From an uncultured Actinomycetota bacterium (GTDB lineage Bacteria; Actinomycetota; Actinomycetes; Mycobacteriales; SCTD01): DNA of 64,000 nucleotides. Position numbers and translations under genes: made by a program. The stretch covers positions 455,519 to 519,518 of the forward strand of contig CAVSEK010000004.1 of NCBI GenBank assembly GCA_963726975.1, given 5' to 3'. Under the pieces are notes generated by a model, which made no database searches, was not told where the DNA came from, and was given only the letters and a program-made list of their open reading frames with translations. Positions within the stretch are counted from its first letter, which is position 1; the number at the start of each line of letters is the position of its first letter. Shown here one piece after another: positions 1 to 9,712 of this stretch.

Positions 1-539
1 AGGGCGGCCACGCGCAGCGGGAAGCGCTCCGGCAGCGGTCGCCAGACGGCGCTCTCGTAGACCTCCCACGAGCCCCGGCTGACCAGCACCAGGACGGCGG
101 TGAGCACGAGCAGCGGGACGGTGCAGCGCTCCAGCGCCCGGGCGGGCGGGGTGTCGGCCCGGCCGGACGGGAAGACGGCGAGCAGCTGCGCGGCGGTGGC
201 GAAGGCGAGCACGGTGCCGGCGAGCTGCCCGACCTGCAGGGCCGCGACCGCGCCCGCCGGCGCCCCGGGCTGGTGCAGCAGCAGCGCCTCCGACACGGTG
301 ACCAGGCACAGCCCGGCGCCGCAGCCGAGCACCAGCCGGGCCACCCGGGAGCCGGGCCGCTCGCGGGCGAGCAGCAGCCCGACGACGGCGACCGGCGCGA
401 CCTGCAGCCCCAGCCACAGCCGGGCCGGCAGGGCCAGGTGGCCGCCCTGCAGCAGCCCGGCGACCAGCGCGCCGGCGAGCAGCGCGGCCGTCGCCAGCAG
501 GGCGGCCCGGTGCCGGGGCGGCGCGACGGAGGTGGTCAT
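1..539 (-). CDS. membrane protein, N-terminal part (runs off the window; possibly the membrane domain of a sensor kinase)
   Basis: An ATG at 539 on the minus strand opens a frame with strong GC3 bias that reaches the window edge. It translates as MTTSVAPPRHRAALLATAALLAGALVAGLL... with several hydrophobic helices. It is absent from the ORF track because there is no stop in the window. Confidence 0.5.
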   Translation of the reverse strand, partial: MTTSVAPPRHRAALLATAALLAGALVAGLLQGGHLALPARLWLGLQVAPVAVVGLLLARERPGSRVARLVLGCGAGLCLVTVSEALLLHQPGAPAGAVAALQVGQLAGTVLAFATAAQLLAVFPSGRADTPPARALERCTVPLLVLTAVLVLVSRGSWEVYESAVWRPLPERFPLRVAA

Positions 540-732
540 GCCCGCACTGTGGACCTGTCCGGGGCGCGCGCCCAGGGGTCCGGCCCCCGCGCGACCCTGC
601 GGCCAGCCCCCGCCCGCCGGCCCGGCCACCCGCAGCGGGTCGGGTGGCTGCGCCCCCTGCCGCGGCGCGCCGGCCGCGCCCAGCCTGGCGGCCAGCCGGG
701 ACGGACCCGGCGCCCCGACCCGGAGGTCCCCG

Positions 733-1377
733 ATGACCACTGCCACGACTGCTGCCCCTGCGTACGCCCCGCAGACCGAGCACCCGACCGCCGTCCGGCG
801 GCTGCTGCCGCTGTTCACCGCCGCGCCCCTGCTGCTGCTCGCCGGGCAGCTCGTGCACCCCGAGGAGCCGCTCGAGGGCGCCGCTCTGCAGGCCGTCCTG
901 CGCGAGCACCCCACCGCCTGGCGCGCCGCGCACCTGCTGCTGCTCGCCGGGACCACCGCCCTGCTGCCGGTCCTGCTCCTGCTGGCCGGGCGGGTGCGGG
1001 CCGCGGCGCCCCGGCTCGCCGCGCTGTCCGCCGGGCTCGCCGTCGTCGGCGTCAGCGCCTGCGCGGCCGTCTTCGGCGCGGCCACCGCCCTCACGGGCGC
1101 CGGACAGGGCGACCCGGCGACGCTCAGCGCGTTCCTCGACTCGGTCCTCGGCGGCCCGCTGGTGGCCGTGGTGGCCCTGCAGGTCGCCGGGATCGTCTCG
1201 GTCGTGCTCAGCGCCGCCCTGCTCGCCGCCTCCGGGCAGGTGTCCCGCGGGCTCGCCGCCACCCTGGCGATCGCCTTCGCCGTCGGGTTCGCCGCCCCCG
1301 AGCCGCTGGCCTGCCTCGGCACCGCCGTCGCGACCGTCGCCCTCACCCTCACCGGCCGCCGTCTGGCCCGCGCCTGA
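733..1377 (+). CDS. hypothetical multi-pass membrane protein
   Basis: In-frame ATG at 733 inside track ORF 100..1377. The upstream part of that ORF is an Arg/Ala/Pro-rich GC artefact. From MTTATTAAPAY onward there are repeated hydrophobic helices. Confidence 0.6.
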   Translation: MTTATTAAPAYAPQTEHPTAVRRLLPLFTAAPLLLLAGQLVHPEEPLEGAALQAVLREHPTAWRAAHLLLLAGTTALLPVLLLLAGRVRAAAPRLAALSAGLAVVGVSACAAVFGAATALTGAGQGDPATLSAFLDSVLGGPLVAVVALQVAGIVSVVLSAALLAASGQVSRGLAATLAIAFAVGFAAPEPLACLGTAVATVALTLTGRRLARA

Positions 1378-1474
1378 ACCCGCATCTGGCCAGCCGGGAC
1401 GGGGGCACCCGGGCGCCGCCCGGCCGCTAGGCTCGCACCGCACGGTGCGCCGGCGGTCCTCGGGCCGGCGCCCG

Positions 1475-1547
1475 GCCTCCGTAGCTCAGTGGACAGAGCG
1501 CCTCCGTCCTAAGGAGGGCGTCGGGAGTTCGATTCTCTCCGGGGGCA
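1475..1547 (+). tRNA. tRNA-Arg (anticodon CCT)
   Basis: Hand-folded cloverleaf. Acceptor GCCTCCG/CGGGGGC (one G-U pair), U8, D arm GCTC-AGTGGACA-GAGC, anticodon stem CCTCC/GGAGG with loop GTCCTAA (CCT at positions 34-36), T arm GGGAG-TTCGATT-CTCTC, discriminator A. CCA is not encoded. Confidence 0.9.
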
Positions 1548-1639
1548 CGCGGGAGCAGGGAGTGCTGTCCGGGGCCGGGGGCGGTACGAAGGGACCAGGA
1601 CGAAGCGGACGAGTCGTCCCTGGACCGACAGGAGCCCCC

Positions 1640-2888
1640 GTGACCAGCCCCACCGCAGCCCCGACCGCCGCCAGCGCCCCGACCAGCCTTCCCGAGCGCT
1701 TCGCCGCTTCCCGGCACCTCACCGAGCTTCTGGCCGCCCCGCTGTCGCCGGAGGACCAGACCGCGCAGTCGATGCCGGACGCCTCGCCCACCAAGTGGCA
1801 CCGCGCCCACACGACCTGGTTCTACGAGGAGTTCGTGCTCGGCGAGGGCGCGTACGAGCCGTACGACGCGACGTTCCGCTACCTGTTCAACAGCTACTAC
1901 GAGGCGGTCGGCCCGCGGCACCCGCGGCCCGAGCGCGGTCTGGTGACCCGGCCGGGCGCCGCCGAGGTCGGCCGGTACCGCGCGCACGTCGACGAGGCGG
2001 TCTGCGCGCTGCTGGCCGCCGGCCCGGCACCGGAGCTCCTCGAGCGCGTCGAGCTCGGCGTCAACCACGAGCAGCAGCACCAGGAGCTGGTCGTCATGGA
2101 CGCCAAGCACCTGCTGTCGCGGCACGCGTTCGGGCCGGCGATGATCGAGCGCCCGGAGGAGCCCGACCCGGACCCGGTCCCGCTGGGGTGGCGCGGCGTG
2201 GCCGGCGGCGTCCACGAGATCGGGCACGACGGGGTCGGCTTCGCGTACGACAACGAGGGGCCCCGCCACCGGGTCTTCCTCGAGGACCTCGAGATCGCGA
2301 CGCGCGCCGTCACCGTGCAGGACTGGCTGGCGTTCATGGCCGACGGCGGCTACCGGCGGCCGGACCTGTGGCTGTCCGACGGCTGGCAGGCCGTCCAGCG
2401 CGAGGGCTGGCGCAGCCCGGAGTACTGGTGGGACCTCGACGGCACCTGGCGGACGTTCACCACCGCCGGCGTCCGCCCGCTGCGCCGCGCCGAGCCGGTC
2501 GTGCACGTCTGCTTCTTCGAGGCCGACGCGTACGCCCGCTGGGCCGGTGCCCGGCTGCCGACCGAGCCCGAGTGGGAAGTGGCGGCCGCGCGCCGTGCCG
2601 GACCTGCGCGGCCAGCTCCTCGACCCGGCGCGGCTGCACCCGGGCCTCGCCGGCGAGGCCATGGTCGGCGACGTGTGGGAGTGGACGTCCTCGGCCTACC
2701 TGCCCTACCCCGGCTTCCGACCGGTCGAGGGCGCCATCGGCGAGTACAACGGCAAGTTCATGAACGACCAGCACGTGCTGCGCGGCGCCTCCTGCGCCAC
2801 CCCCTCGGGGCACGAGCGGCTCACCTACCGCAACTTCTTCCCGGCCTCCGCCCGCTGGGCGTTCTCCGGCCTGCGGCTCGCCCGGTGA
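1640..2888 (+). pseudogene. egtB: ergothioneine sulfoxide synthase EgtB (DinB-like plus FGE-sulfatase domains); one frame hop near 2590-2597
   Basis: GTG at 1640 follows GGAG. Motifs seen: [54 protein letters not shown]. The C-terminus ([18 protein letters not shown]...YRNFFP...) lies in another frame (track ORF 2547..2888). Confidence 0.85.
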
Positions 2889-3853
2889 GCTGGTCGGTCG
2901 AGGTCCGCCACGCGCCCGTCCCGGGCCGGCTCGCCGAGGACGTGCGCGAGGGGCTGACCCGCACGCCCGTCGAGATCCCGCCCAAGTGGTTCTACGACGA
3001 GAAGGGCAGCCAGCTGTTCGACGACATCACCGAGCTGCCGGAGTACTACCCGACGCGCACCGAGCACGTCCTGCTCGCAGCGCACGCCTCCCGGCTGCCG
3101 CACGTCGGGACGCTCGTCGAGCTCGGGGCCGGCTACTCCCGGAAGACCCGCCTGCTGCTGGAGGCCGTGCGGCCCGACCTGTTCGTCCCTCTCGACGTCG
3201 CCGAGGAGCCGCTGCGCGACGCCGCTGCCCGGATCACCGCCGACTTCCCGAAGACCGACGTGCGCGGGGTGGTCGCCGACTTCGAGGACGACCTGCGGCC
3301 GCTGCCGGGCGAGCCGGGCGACCGGCTCGTCGCCCTGCTCGGCAGCACCATCGGCAACTTCCCCCCGGCGCCCCGGGCCGCGCTGCTGGGGCGGGTGCGC
3401 GGTGCGATGGACCCGGGCGACCTGTTCCTGCTCGGCGCCGACCTCCTCAAGGACCGGGCCCGCCTCGTGCGGGCCTACGACGACGCAGCCGGCGTCACCG
3501 CCGCGTTCAACAAGAACGTCCTGGCCGTGCTCGCCCGCGAGCTCGACGCCGACCTCGACCCCGACGACTTCGACCACGTCGCCCGCTTCGACGAGGAGCA
3601 CGAGCGCATCGAGATGCGGCTGCGGACCCGCCGCGCGCTCACGGTGCGGATCGGCGCCCTCGACCGCGACTGGTGCCTGGCGGCGGGCGAGGAGGTGCTC
3701 ACCGAGACGTCGGCGAAGTTCCGCGTCGAGGGCCTGCACGCCGAGCTGCGCAGCGCCGGGCTGGAGGTCGTGGACACCTGGGTCGGGGTGGAGCCCGGGC
3801 GGGACGCCAGCGGACCGCCGGACTTCGCGGTCGTGCTCGCCCGGCGGTCCTGA
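2885..3853 (+). CDS. egtD: L-histidine N-alpha-methyltransferase EgtD
   Basis: GTGA start/stop overlap with egtB. Motifs [41 protein letters not shown] and LGSTIGNF are typical of EgtD. Confidence 0.9.
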   Translation: MSWSVEVRHAPVPGRLAEDVREGLTRTPVEIPPKWFYDEKGSQLFDDITELPEYYPTRTEHVLLAAHASRLPHVGTLVELGAGYSRKTRLLLEAVRPDLFVPLDVAEEPLRDAAARITADFPKTDVRGVVADFEDDLRPLPGEPGDRLVALLGSTIGNFPPAPRAALLGRVRGAMDPGDLFLLGADLLKDRARLVRAYDDAAGVTAAFNKNVLAVLARELDADLDPDDFDHVARFDEEHERIEMRLRTRRALTVRIGALDRDWCLAAGEEVLTETSAKFRVEGLHAELRSAGLEVVDTWVGVEPGRDASGPPDFAVVLARRS

Positions 3854-3890
3854 GCGGGTCCGCGCGCCCGGCCCTAGCGTGACCGGCGTG

Positions 3891-5240
3891 ATGACGACCT
3901 CGGTGCTCTGGTTCCGCCGCGACCTGCGCCTGGGCGACTTCCCGGCGCTGCTCGCCGCCCGCGACGCCGCCGACGAGGTCGTGCCGCTGTTCGTCCTCGA
4001 CGACGCGCTCCGCGGGCCGTCCGGCGCCCCGCGCCTGGCCTTCCTCTACCGCTGCCTGCGCGACCTGCAGGAGCGCACCGACGGTCGCCTACGGGTGCTC
4101 ACGGGCCGCCCCGAGCAGGTGCTGCCCCGCGTCGTGGCCGACGCCGGCGCGACCAGCGTGCACGTCAGCAGCGACCACGGGCCGTACGGCCGGGAGCGCG
4201 ACGAGCGGGTGCGCGCGGCGCTCGGCGAGGTGCCGCTGGTCGCGACCGGCAGCCCGTACGCCGTGACGCCGGGCACCCTGCGCAAGGACGACGGGACGCC
4301 GTACCGCGTCTACTCGCCCTTCGCCCGGGCCCACCGGGCCCGCGGGGTGCACGCCCCGGCGCTGACGCCGCGGGTCGTGGGGTGGACCGACGGCGGCCTG
4401 CCCGACGACGGGGTGCCGGACGACCCCGACCTCGGCGACCTCGTGCTGCCCGAGGCCGGCGAGCGGGCCGCGCTGGGGCGCTGGCGGCGGTTCCTCGCGG
4501 AGGGCGCGCGGTCGTACGCCGACCGCCGCGACCGGCCGGCCGCCGACGGCACCAGCGAGCTGTCGGTCTACCTCAAGTACGGCTGCGTGCACCCGCGGAC
4601 GCTGCTGCACGACCTGGGCGGCAGCGCCGGGGAGAGCACCTTCGCCGGGGAGCTGGTGTGGCGCGACTTCTACGCCGACGTCCTGTGGCACTCCCCCTCG
4701 TCGGCCCGCGAGGACCTCACCCCCGCGCTGGCCGGCCTGGAGTACGACGAGGGCGCCGCGGCCGACCGCCGCTTCGAGGCCTGGGCGACCGGCCGCACGG
4801 GCTACCCGATCGTCGACGCCGGGATGCGCCAGCTGCTGGGCCAGGCCTGGGTGCACAACCGCATGCGCATGGTCGTGGCGTCGTTCCTCGTCAAGGACCT
4901 GCACGTCTGGTGGGGCCGCGGCGCCCGGCACTTCATGCGGCACCTGCGCGACGGCGACCTGGCCAGCAACCAGCACGGCTGGCAGTGGGTGGCCGGCACC
5001 GGCACCGACGCGGCGCCGTACTTCCGCGTCTTCAGCCCGGTCCGGCAGGGCCAGCAGCACGACCCGGACGGGGACTACGTCCGGCGCTGGGTCCCGGAGC
5101 TGCGCGGGGTGCCGGGCAAGGCGGTGCACGAGCCGTGGACGCTGCCGGGCGGGCTGCCCGAGGGCTACCCGGAGCGCATCGTCGACCACGCCGACGAGCG
5201 GGCGGAGGCGCTGCGCCGCTACGCCGCGGCGCGGGCCTGA
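3891..5240 (+). CDS. phr: deoxyribodipyrimidine (CPD) photolyase, cryptochrome/photolyase family
   Basis: MTTSVLWFRRDLRLGD N-terminus. FAD-binding block TGYPIVDAGMRQL...WVHNRMRMVVASFLVKDL...NQHGWQWVAGTG.DAAPYFRVFSP. A TAGCGT -10-like hexamer 7 nt before GTG 3888 means the start could be 3888 (leaderless) or 3891. Confidence 0.95.
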   Translation: MTTSVLWFRRDLRLGDFPALLAARDAADEVVPLFVLDDALRGPSGAPRLAFLYRCLRDLQERTDGRLRVLTGRPEQVLPRVVADAGATSVHVSSDHGPYGRERDERVRAALGEVPLVATGSPYAVTPGTLRKDDGTPYRVYSPFARAHRARGVHAPALTPRVVGWTDGGLPDDGVPDDPDLGDLVLPEAGERAALGRWRRFLAEGARSYADRRDRPAADGTSELSVYLKYGCVHPRTLLHDLGGSAGESTFAGELVWRDFYADVLWHSPSSAREDLTPALAGLEYDEGAAADRRFEAWATGRTGYPIVDAGMRQLLGQAWVHNRMRMVVASFLVKDLHVWWGRGARHFMRHLRDGDLASNQHGWQWVAGTGTDAAPYFRVFSPVRQGQQHDPDGDYVRRWVPELRGVPGKAVHEPWTLPGGLPEGYPERIVDHADERAEALRRYAAARA

Positions 5241-5261
5241 CGCCCGCTCCAGCGGCTCCGG

Positions 5262-6131
5262 CTACTCCAGCGGCTGCAGGGCCCGCGGCTCGCGCCGGGT
5301 GAGCGTCGTGCCGGCGCTCGCCACGCTGACGAGCAGCAGCGCGACCACCTCGCGCCCGCCGAGCGCCTGCGCGAGCAGCACCAGCCCGGACAGCGCCGCC
5401 GCGGCCGGCTCCAGGCTCATGAGGATGCCGAAGACGCGGGTCGGGATGCGCCGCAGCGCCACCATCTCCAGGCCGTACGACAGCGCCGACGACAGCACGG
5501 CGACCGCGCCGGCGGCGAGCAGCAGCCGGGGGTCGCGCAGCGCGGCGGAGGCCCCCTCGGCCCCGAACGGCAGGACGAGCAGCGCCCCGACCGCGAGCGC
5601 GACGGCGAGCCCGTCCAGCCCCGGCAGCACCGCCCCGACCCGCGCGCTCGCCACGATGTAGCCGGCCCAGCACAGGCCCGCGGCGAAGGCGAGCAGCAGC
5701 CCGGGCAGGGGAGCGCCGCCGGAGCCCTGCAGTCCGAGCAGCGCCACGCCGGACGCCGCGAGCGCCGCCCACAGGGCGTCGGAGGCCCGCCGGGTCTGGG
5801 CGAGCGCGAGCAGCAGCGGTCCGAGGAACTCCACCGTGACCGCGATGCCGAGCGGCACGGTCCGCAGAGCGAGGTAGAAGACGAGGTTCATGCTGCCCAT
5901 CGCCGCGCCGAGCAGCAGCGCGGCCGTCCACTGCGACCGGCCCCACGCGCGCACCCGCGGGCGGACCAGCGCGAGCAGCAGCAGCGCCGACAGGGCCAGG
6001 CGCAGCAGCGTGACGCCCGCGGCGCCGAGCTCGTCGAAGAGCTGCCGGGCCACGCCGGCACCCGCCTGGACGCTGACGATGGCGGCGAGCACGAGGGCCG
6101 GGGCGGGCACCCGGTCGAGCCGCGCGAGCAC
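5262..6131 (-). CDS. EamA/DMT-family transporter (RhtA-like exporter)
   Basis: About ten hydrophobic helices and two EamA-like halves. Start chosen at GTG 6131 (VLARLDRVPAP...); the longer track ORF N-terminus looks non-coding. Confidence 0.8.
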   Translation of the reverse strand: MLARLDRVPAPALVLAAIVSVQAGAGVARQLFDELGAAGVTLLRLALSALLLLALVRPRVRAWGRSQWTAALLLGAAMGSMNLVFYLALRTVPLGIAVTVEFLGPLLLALAQTRRASDALWAALAASGVALLGLQGSGGAPLPGLLLAFAAGLCWAGYIVASARVGAVLPGLDGLAVALAVGALLVLPFGAEGASAALRDPRLLLAAGAVAVLSSALSYGLEMVALRRIPTRVFGILMSLEPAAAALSGLVLLAQALGGREVVALLLVSVASAGTTLTRREPRALQPLE

Positions 6132-6270
6132 CGCTGCGCCCCCTCCCGTCCACCTCCCCGCCGTGCGCCTGTTCGCCCGTCGCCCCTCCAGTGTGCGACC
6201 GTGCGTGCGCGCGTCGCCCGACACGCCCCCGACACACCCCCGCAACGCGGGCAACACCGGGAGGGAGCCC

Positions 6271-7248
6271 GTGACCCCCGACCTCGCCGTCCCGGCGGAG
6301 CCGGTGACCGCCGCGAGCGCGGGCCGGCCCGTCGCGCTGACCGGTCCGCCGGCTGCCCGCCGCCGGCGCGACCCGCTCGGCGCGCGCGTGCTGGCCTGGG
6401 CCTGCCTCGTCCCGTCCCTCGCGGTCTTCGGGCTCTTCGTCTTCTACCCGCTGGGCCGCTCGGTCTTCCTCAGCCTGCACGGGAACGACATCTTCGGCGG
6501 CGCCGGGGCGTACGTCGGCCTCGAGCACTTCGCCGACCTCGCGAGCGACCCGGGGTTCCGGCGGGTGCTCGTCGTCACGGCGCTGTTCACCCTGCTCACG
6601 GTCGTGCCGTCGGTGCTCGGCGCGCTCGTCGTCGTGCTGCTGCTCGAGCAGAAGATCCGCGGCTGGCGGGTCTTCCGCACCGCCTTCGCGCTGCCGTTCG
6701 CCTGCTCGGTGGCGAGCGCCTCGGTGATCTTCGCCGTGTTCTACAACCCGGCCAGCGGCGTGGCCAACGGCCTGCTCAGCCACCTGGGCGTGCGGCCGGT
6801 GGGCTGGCTCACCGATCCCGACATCGCCCTGCTGTCGGTGGCGCTGACGTCGGTGTGGCTGATGCTCGGCTACAACGTGCTCGTGCTGTCGGCCGGCATC
6901 GGGGCCATCTCCCCCGACGTCGTGGAGGCGGCCCGGCTCGACGGCGCCTCCGGTCTGCGCCTGGCGCGCAGCGTCCTCGTGCCCCTGCTCGGGCCCAACC
7001 TGTTCTTCCTCGTCGTCGTCTCGACGATCCAGGCGCTGCAGAGCTTCGGCCAGATCCACATCCTCACCCGCGGCGGGCCCGACGGGTCGACCCGCACGCT
7101 CGTCTACTCCATCTACGAGCTGGCCTTCGCCAACGGCTCGTCCGACTTCGGCCTGGCCAGCGCCCAGGCGCTCGTCCTGTTCGTGGTCGTTCTGGCCTGC
7201 ACCGCCGTGCAGTTCGGCGTCCTCGAGCGGAAGGTGTTCTACGGGTGA
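6271..7248 (+). CDS. carbohydrate ABC transporter permease (UgpA/MalF-like)
   Basis: GTG 6271 follows GGGAGGGA. Has the EAA-type loop AARLDGASGLRLARSVLVPLL and six TM helices. Confidence 0.9.
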   Translation: MTPDLAVPAEPVTAASAGRPVALTGPPAARRRRDPLGARVLAWACLVPSLAVFGLFVFYPLGRSVFLSLHGNDIFGGAGAYVGLEHFADLASDPGFRRVLVVTALFTLLTVVPSVLGALVVVLLLEQKIRGWRVFRTAFALPFACSVASASVIFAVFYNPASGVANGLLSHLGVRPVGWLTDPDIALLSVALTSVWLMLGYNVLVLSAGIGAISPDVVEAARLDGASGLRLARSVLVPLLGPNLFFLVVVSTIQALQSFGQIHILTRGGPDGSTRTLVYSIYELAFANGSSDFGLASAQALVLFVVVLACTAVQFGVLERKVFYG

Positions 7249-8093
7249 GCACGACCACCGCGACCCCCGCCCGGCTGCCCGGCGCGCTCGGCCGGCTGAC
7301 GACCTACCTGCTGCTCGTCGTCGCCGCGGTCGCCGTCGTCTTCCCGGTCTACTACGTCTTCGCCGGCGCGCTCATGGGCCCCGGCGAGATCGCCCGCTTC
7401 CCCCCGGCGCTGGTGCCGCACGCCCCGCGGATCGGCAACCTGCAGGGCGTGTTCGACGCCATCCCGCTCGGGCGGCAGTACCTCAACAGCGCGCTCGTCG
7501 CCGGGGCGATCACGCTGTCGCAGCTGGTCACCTCGGTGCTCGCGGCGTACGCGTTCGTCTTCCTGCCGCTGCCCGCCCGCACCGCGCTGTTCGGCCTGTT
7601 CCTCGCGACGCTCATGGTGCCCTGGGAAGCGATCATCCTGCCCAACTACCTGGCGATCTCCGACGCCGGCCTGGCCAACACCTACCCCGGGCTGGCCCTG
7701 CCGTTCCTCGCGAACGCCTTCGGCACGTTCCTGCTGCGGCAGTCCTTCCGGCAGTTCCCCAGCGAGCTGCACGACGCCTCCAAGATGGACGGCGCCGGGC
7801 ACGTGCGCTTCCTGTGGCAGGTGCTGCTGCCGCTCAACCGCCCGGCGCTCGCCGCGGTCACCGTCTACGTCTTCCTGTCGGCGTGGAACCAGTACTTCTG
7901 GCCGCTGCTCATCACCTCGACGCCCACGATGCAGACGTTGCAGATCGGCATCACCCAGCTCAACAACGCCGAAGCGGCCGATCCCGGCCTCATCCTGGCG
8001 GGGGTCGCCCTGTCCCTGCTGCCGACCCTGCTGCTCGTCGTCTTCGGCCAGCGCTTCATCGTCCGCGGGCTCACCGCGGGCGCGGTCCGCTGA
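7245..8093 (+). CDS. carbohydrate ABC transporter permease (UgpE/MalG-like)
   Basis: GTGA overlap with the upstream permease. Motif DASKMDGAGHVRFLWQVLLPL. Confidence 0.9.
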   Translation: MSTTTATPARLPGALGRLTTYLLLVVAAVAVVFPVYYVFAGALMGPGEIARFPPALVPHAPRIGNLQGVFDAIPLGRQYLNSALVAGAITLSQLVTSVLAAYAFVFLPLPARTALFGLFLATLMVPWEAIILPNYLAISDAGLANTYPGLALPFLANAFGTFLLRQSFRQFPSELHDASKMDGAGHVRFLWQVLLPLNRPALAAVTVYVFLSAWNQYFWPLLITSTPTMQTLQIGITQLNNAEAADPGLILAGVALSLLPTLLLVVFGQRFIVRGLTAGAVR

Positions 8094-8157
8094 CCTCCCG
8101 CCGGCCCGGCCCTGCCCGGAACGGCCCGCACCCCCTCGTACGGTCGAAGGAGACCCC

Positions 8158-9570
8158 GTGAACGTCCGCCGCCCCTCCCGCCTGCTGCGGGGCACCGCGC
8201 TGGCCGCGCTCGTCGCGGCCTCGCTCACCGCCTGCTCGTCGGGCTCGTCGACGAGCGGCTCCGGCAGCGGCGCCTCGGCCGACGCCGCGCCCGGTCCCGA
8301 CGCCCTGGGCACCAGCCCGGTGACCGTGAGCTTCTGGCACAGCATGACCGGCAAGAACGCCGACGCGCTCACCGCGATGGTCAACGCCTTCAACACCCAG
8401 CAGGGCGGCAAGATCGTCGTGCAGCCGGTGTTCCAGGGCAACTACGACGACGCGATCGCCAAGTACAAGGCGTCCGTGCAGCAGAAGGGCACCCCCGCCC
8501 TCATGCAGGTCTACGACATCGGCACCCGCTTCATGATCGACGCCAAGCAGTCCATCCCGGCCGCCGCGTTCGTCAAGAAGGACGGCTACCCCGTCGGCGA
8601 CCTCGAGCCCAACATCGTCAACTACTACTCGACCGGCGGGCAGCTGCAGTCGGTGCCGTTCAACTCCTCGATGCCGCTGCTCTACCTCAACGCCGACGCC
8701 TTCAGGGCCGCCGGGCTCGACCCGGCCTCGCCGCCGCGCACCCTCGACGAGCTCACCGAGGCCGCCAAGAAGCTGACCGTCAAGGACGCCAGCGGCGCCA
8801 CGACGCAGTACGGCTTCGGCGCCGCCATCTACGGCTGGTTCCTCGAGCAGCTCATCGCGCAGTCCGGCACGCAGTACTGCGACCAGGGCAACGGCCGCGA
8901 CGGCCTCGCCACCAAGACGCTGTTCGACTCGCCGCAGGGCGCCCGGGTCGCGCAGTGGTGGAGCTCGCTCGTCAAGGACGGCTACGCGGTCAACACCGGC
9001 CGCAAGACCGACGACGCGCAGGCCGCCTTCAAGGCCGGCCGGATCGCCATGAACCTGGAGTCCACCGGCGCGCTCGGCGGCTACCAGGCGGCCTCGGAGG
9101 GCAAGTTCACCGTCGCCACCGCGCCGTTCCCCAAGATCAGCGCGCAGGACACCGGCGGCCCCGTCATCGGCGGCGCCAGCCTGTGGATCGGCCGCACCAA
9201 CCACACCCCGGCCGAGCAGCGCGCCGCGTGGGAGTTCGCGAAGTACGCCACCTCGCCCGCCGCGCAGGCCACCTGGCACACCTCCACCGGCTACTTCCCG
9301 GTCAACGCCAAGGCCCTCGACGAGCCGGTCGACAAGGCGTGGGTGCAGAAGTACCCGCAGTTCACCACTGCCATCGAGCAGCTGCACGGCACCAAGCCGT
9401 CGACCGCCACCGCGGGCTGCCTGCTCGGCGTCATGCCGCAGGTCCGCAAGGCCGCCGAGACCGGCCTGGAGAAGGCGATCCTCGGCCAGGCCGAGCCGCA
9501 GGCGGCCCTCACCGAGGCCGCGGGCTCGGTGAGCTCGCAGATCGCGGACTACAACACCGCGGTGAAGTAG
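8158..9570 (+). CDS. ABC transporter extracellular solute-binding lipoprotein (family 1)
   Basis: Signal peptide with lipobox LTAC. Typical SBP_bac_1-like sequence, and third gene of the permease operon. Confidence 0.9.
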   Translation: MNVRRPSRLLRGTALAALVAASLTACSSGSSTSGSGSGASADAAPGPDALGTSPVTVSFWHSMTGKNADALTAMVNAFNTQQGGKIVVQPVFQGNYDDAIAKYKASVQQKGTPALMQVYDIGTRFMIDAKQSIPAAAFVKKDGYPVGDLEPNIVNYYSTGGQLQSVPFNSSMPLLYLNADAFRAAGLDPASPPRTLDELTEAAKKLTVKDASGATTQYGFGAAIYGWFLEQLIAQSGTQYCDQGNGRDGLATKTLFDSPQGARVAQWWSSLVKDGYAVNTGRKTDDAQAAFKAGRIAMNLESTGALGGYQAASEGKFTVATAPFPKISAQDTGGPVIGGASLWIGRTNHTPAEQRAAWEFAKYATSPAAQATWHTSTGYFPVNAKALDEPVDKAWVQKYPQFTTAIEQLHGTKPSTATAGCLLGVMPQVRKAAETGLEKAILGQAEPQAALTEAAGSVSSQIADYNTAVK

Positions 9571-9591
9571 CCCGCACCCCGCTCGACCGAC

Positions 9592-9617
9592 GGCCCGCAG
9601 GCACCTGCCTGCGGGCC
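9592..9617 (+). terminator. perfect 12-bp stem hairpin downstream of the SBP gene
   Basis: GGCCCGCAGGCA-cc-TGCCTGCGGGCC lies 22 nt after the stop at 9570. No T-tract, as is common in high-GC actinobacteria. Confidence 0.6.
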
Positions 9618-9712
9618 GTCGTCGTGCCCACAGCGGACTCCCGGGGAGCACACAGCGGCCTCCCACCCGCGACCGGCACCGTCGTCGGCGACGGCCTACC
9701 GATGGAGCCCCG

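Noticed and set aside
1475-1547. tRNA-Arg as the attachment site of an integrated element or genomic island.
   Set aside because: No integrase, excisionase or phage gene is nearby. I found no duplicated tRNA 3' end, and the flanking genes are ordinary metabolism.
1445-1639. N-terminal extension of track ORF 1445..3853 upstream of egtB.
   Set aside because: It runs straight through the tRNA-Arg gene (1475-1547). A GTG with GGAG at 1640 gives a normal EgtB N-terminus.
1548-1639. A possible hairpin or terminator between the tRNA and egtB (ggaccaggacga...tcgtccctggacc).
   Set aside because: When paired by hand, the two arms are not properly complementary.
5032-7059. Very long ORFs on the opposite strand or out of frame. 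Examples: 5032..7059(-), 8071..10068(-), 26961..30788(-) outside its purine-permease part, 37249..41022(-) upstream part, 58949..62242(-), 18796..19716(-), 15748..16995(+).
   Set aside because: Their products are Arg/Ala/Pro/Gly-rich low-complexity strings with poor third-position GC bias. They shadow genes with clear family motifs. These are the stop-codon-poor artefacts expected in DNA this GC-rich.
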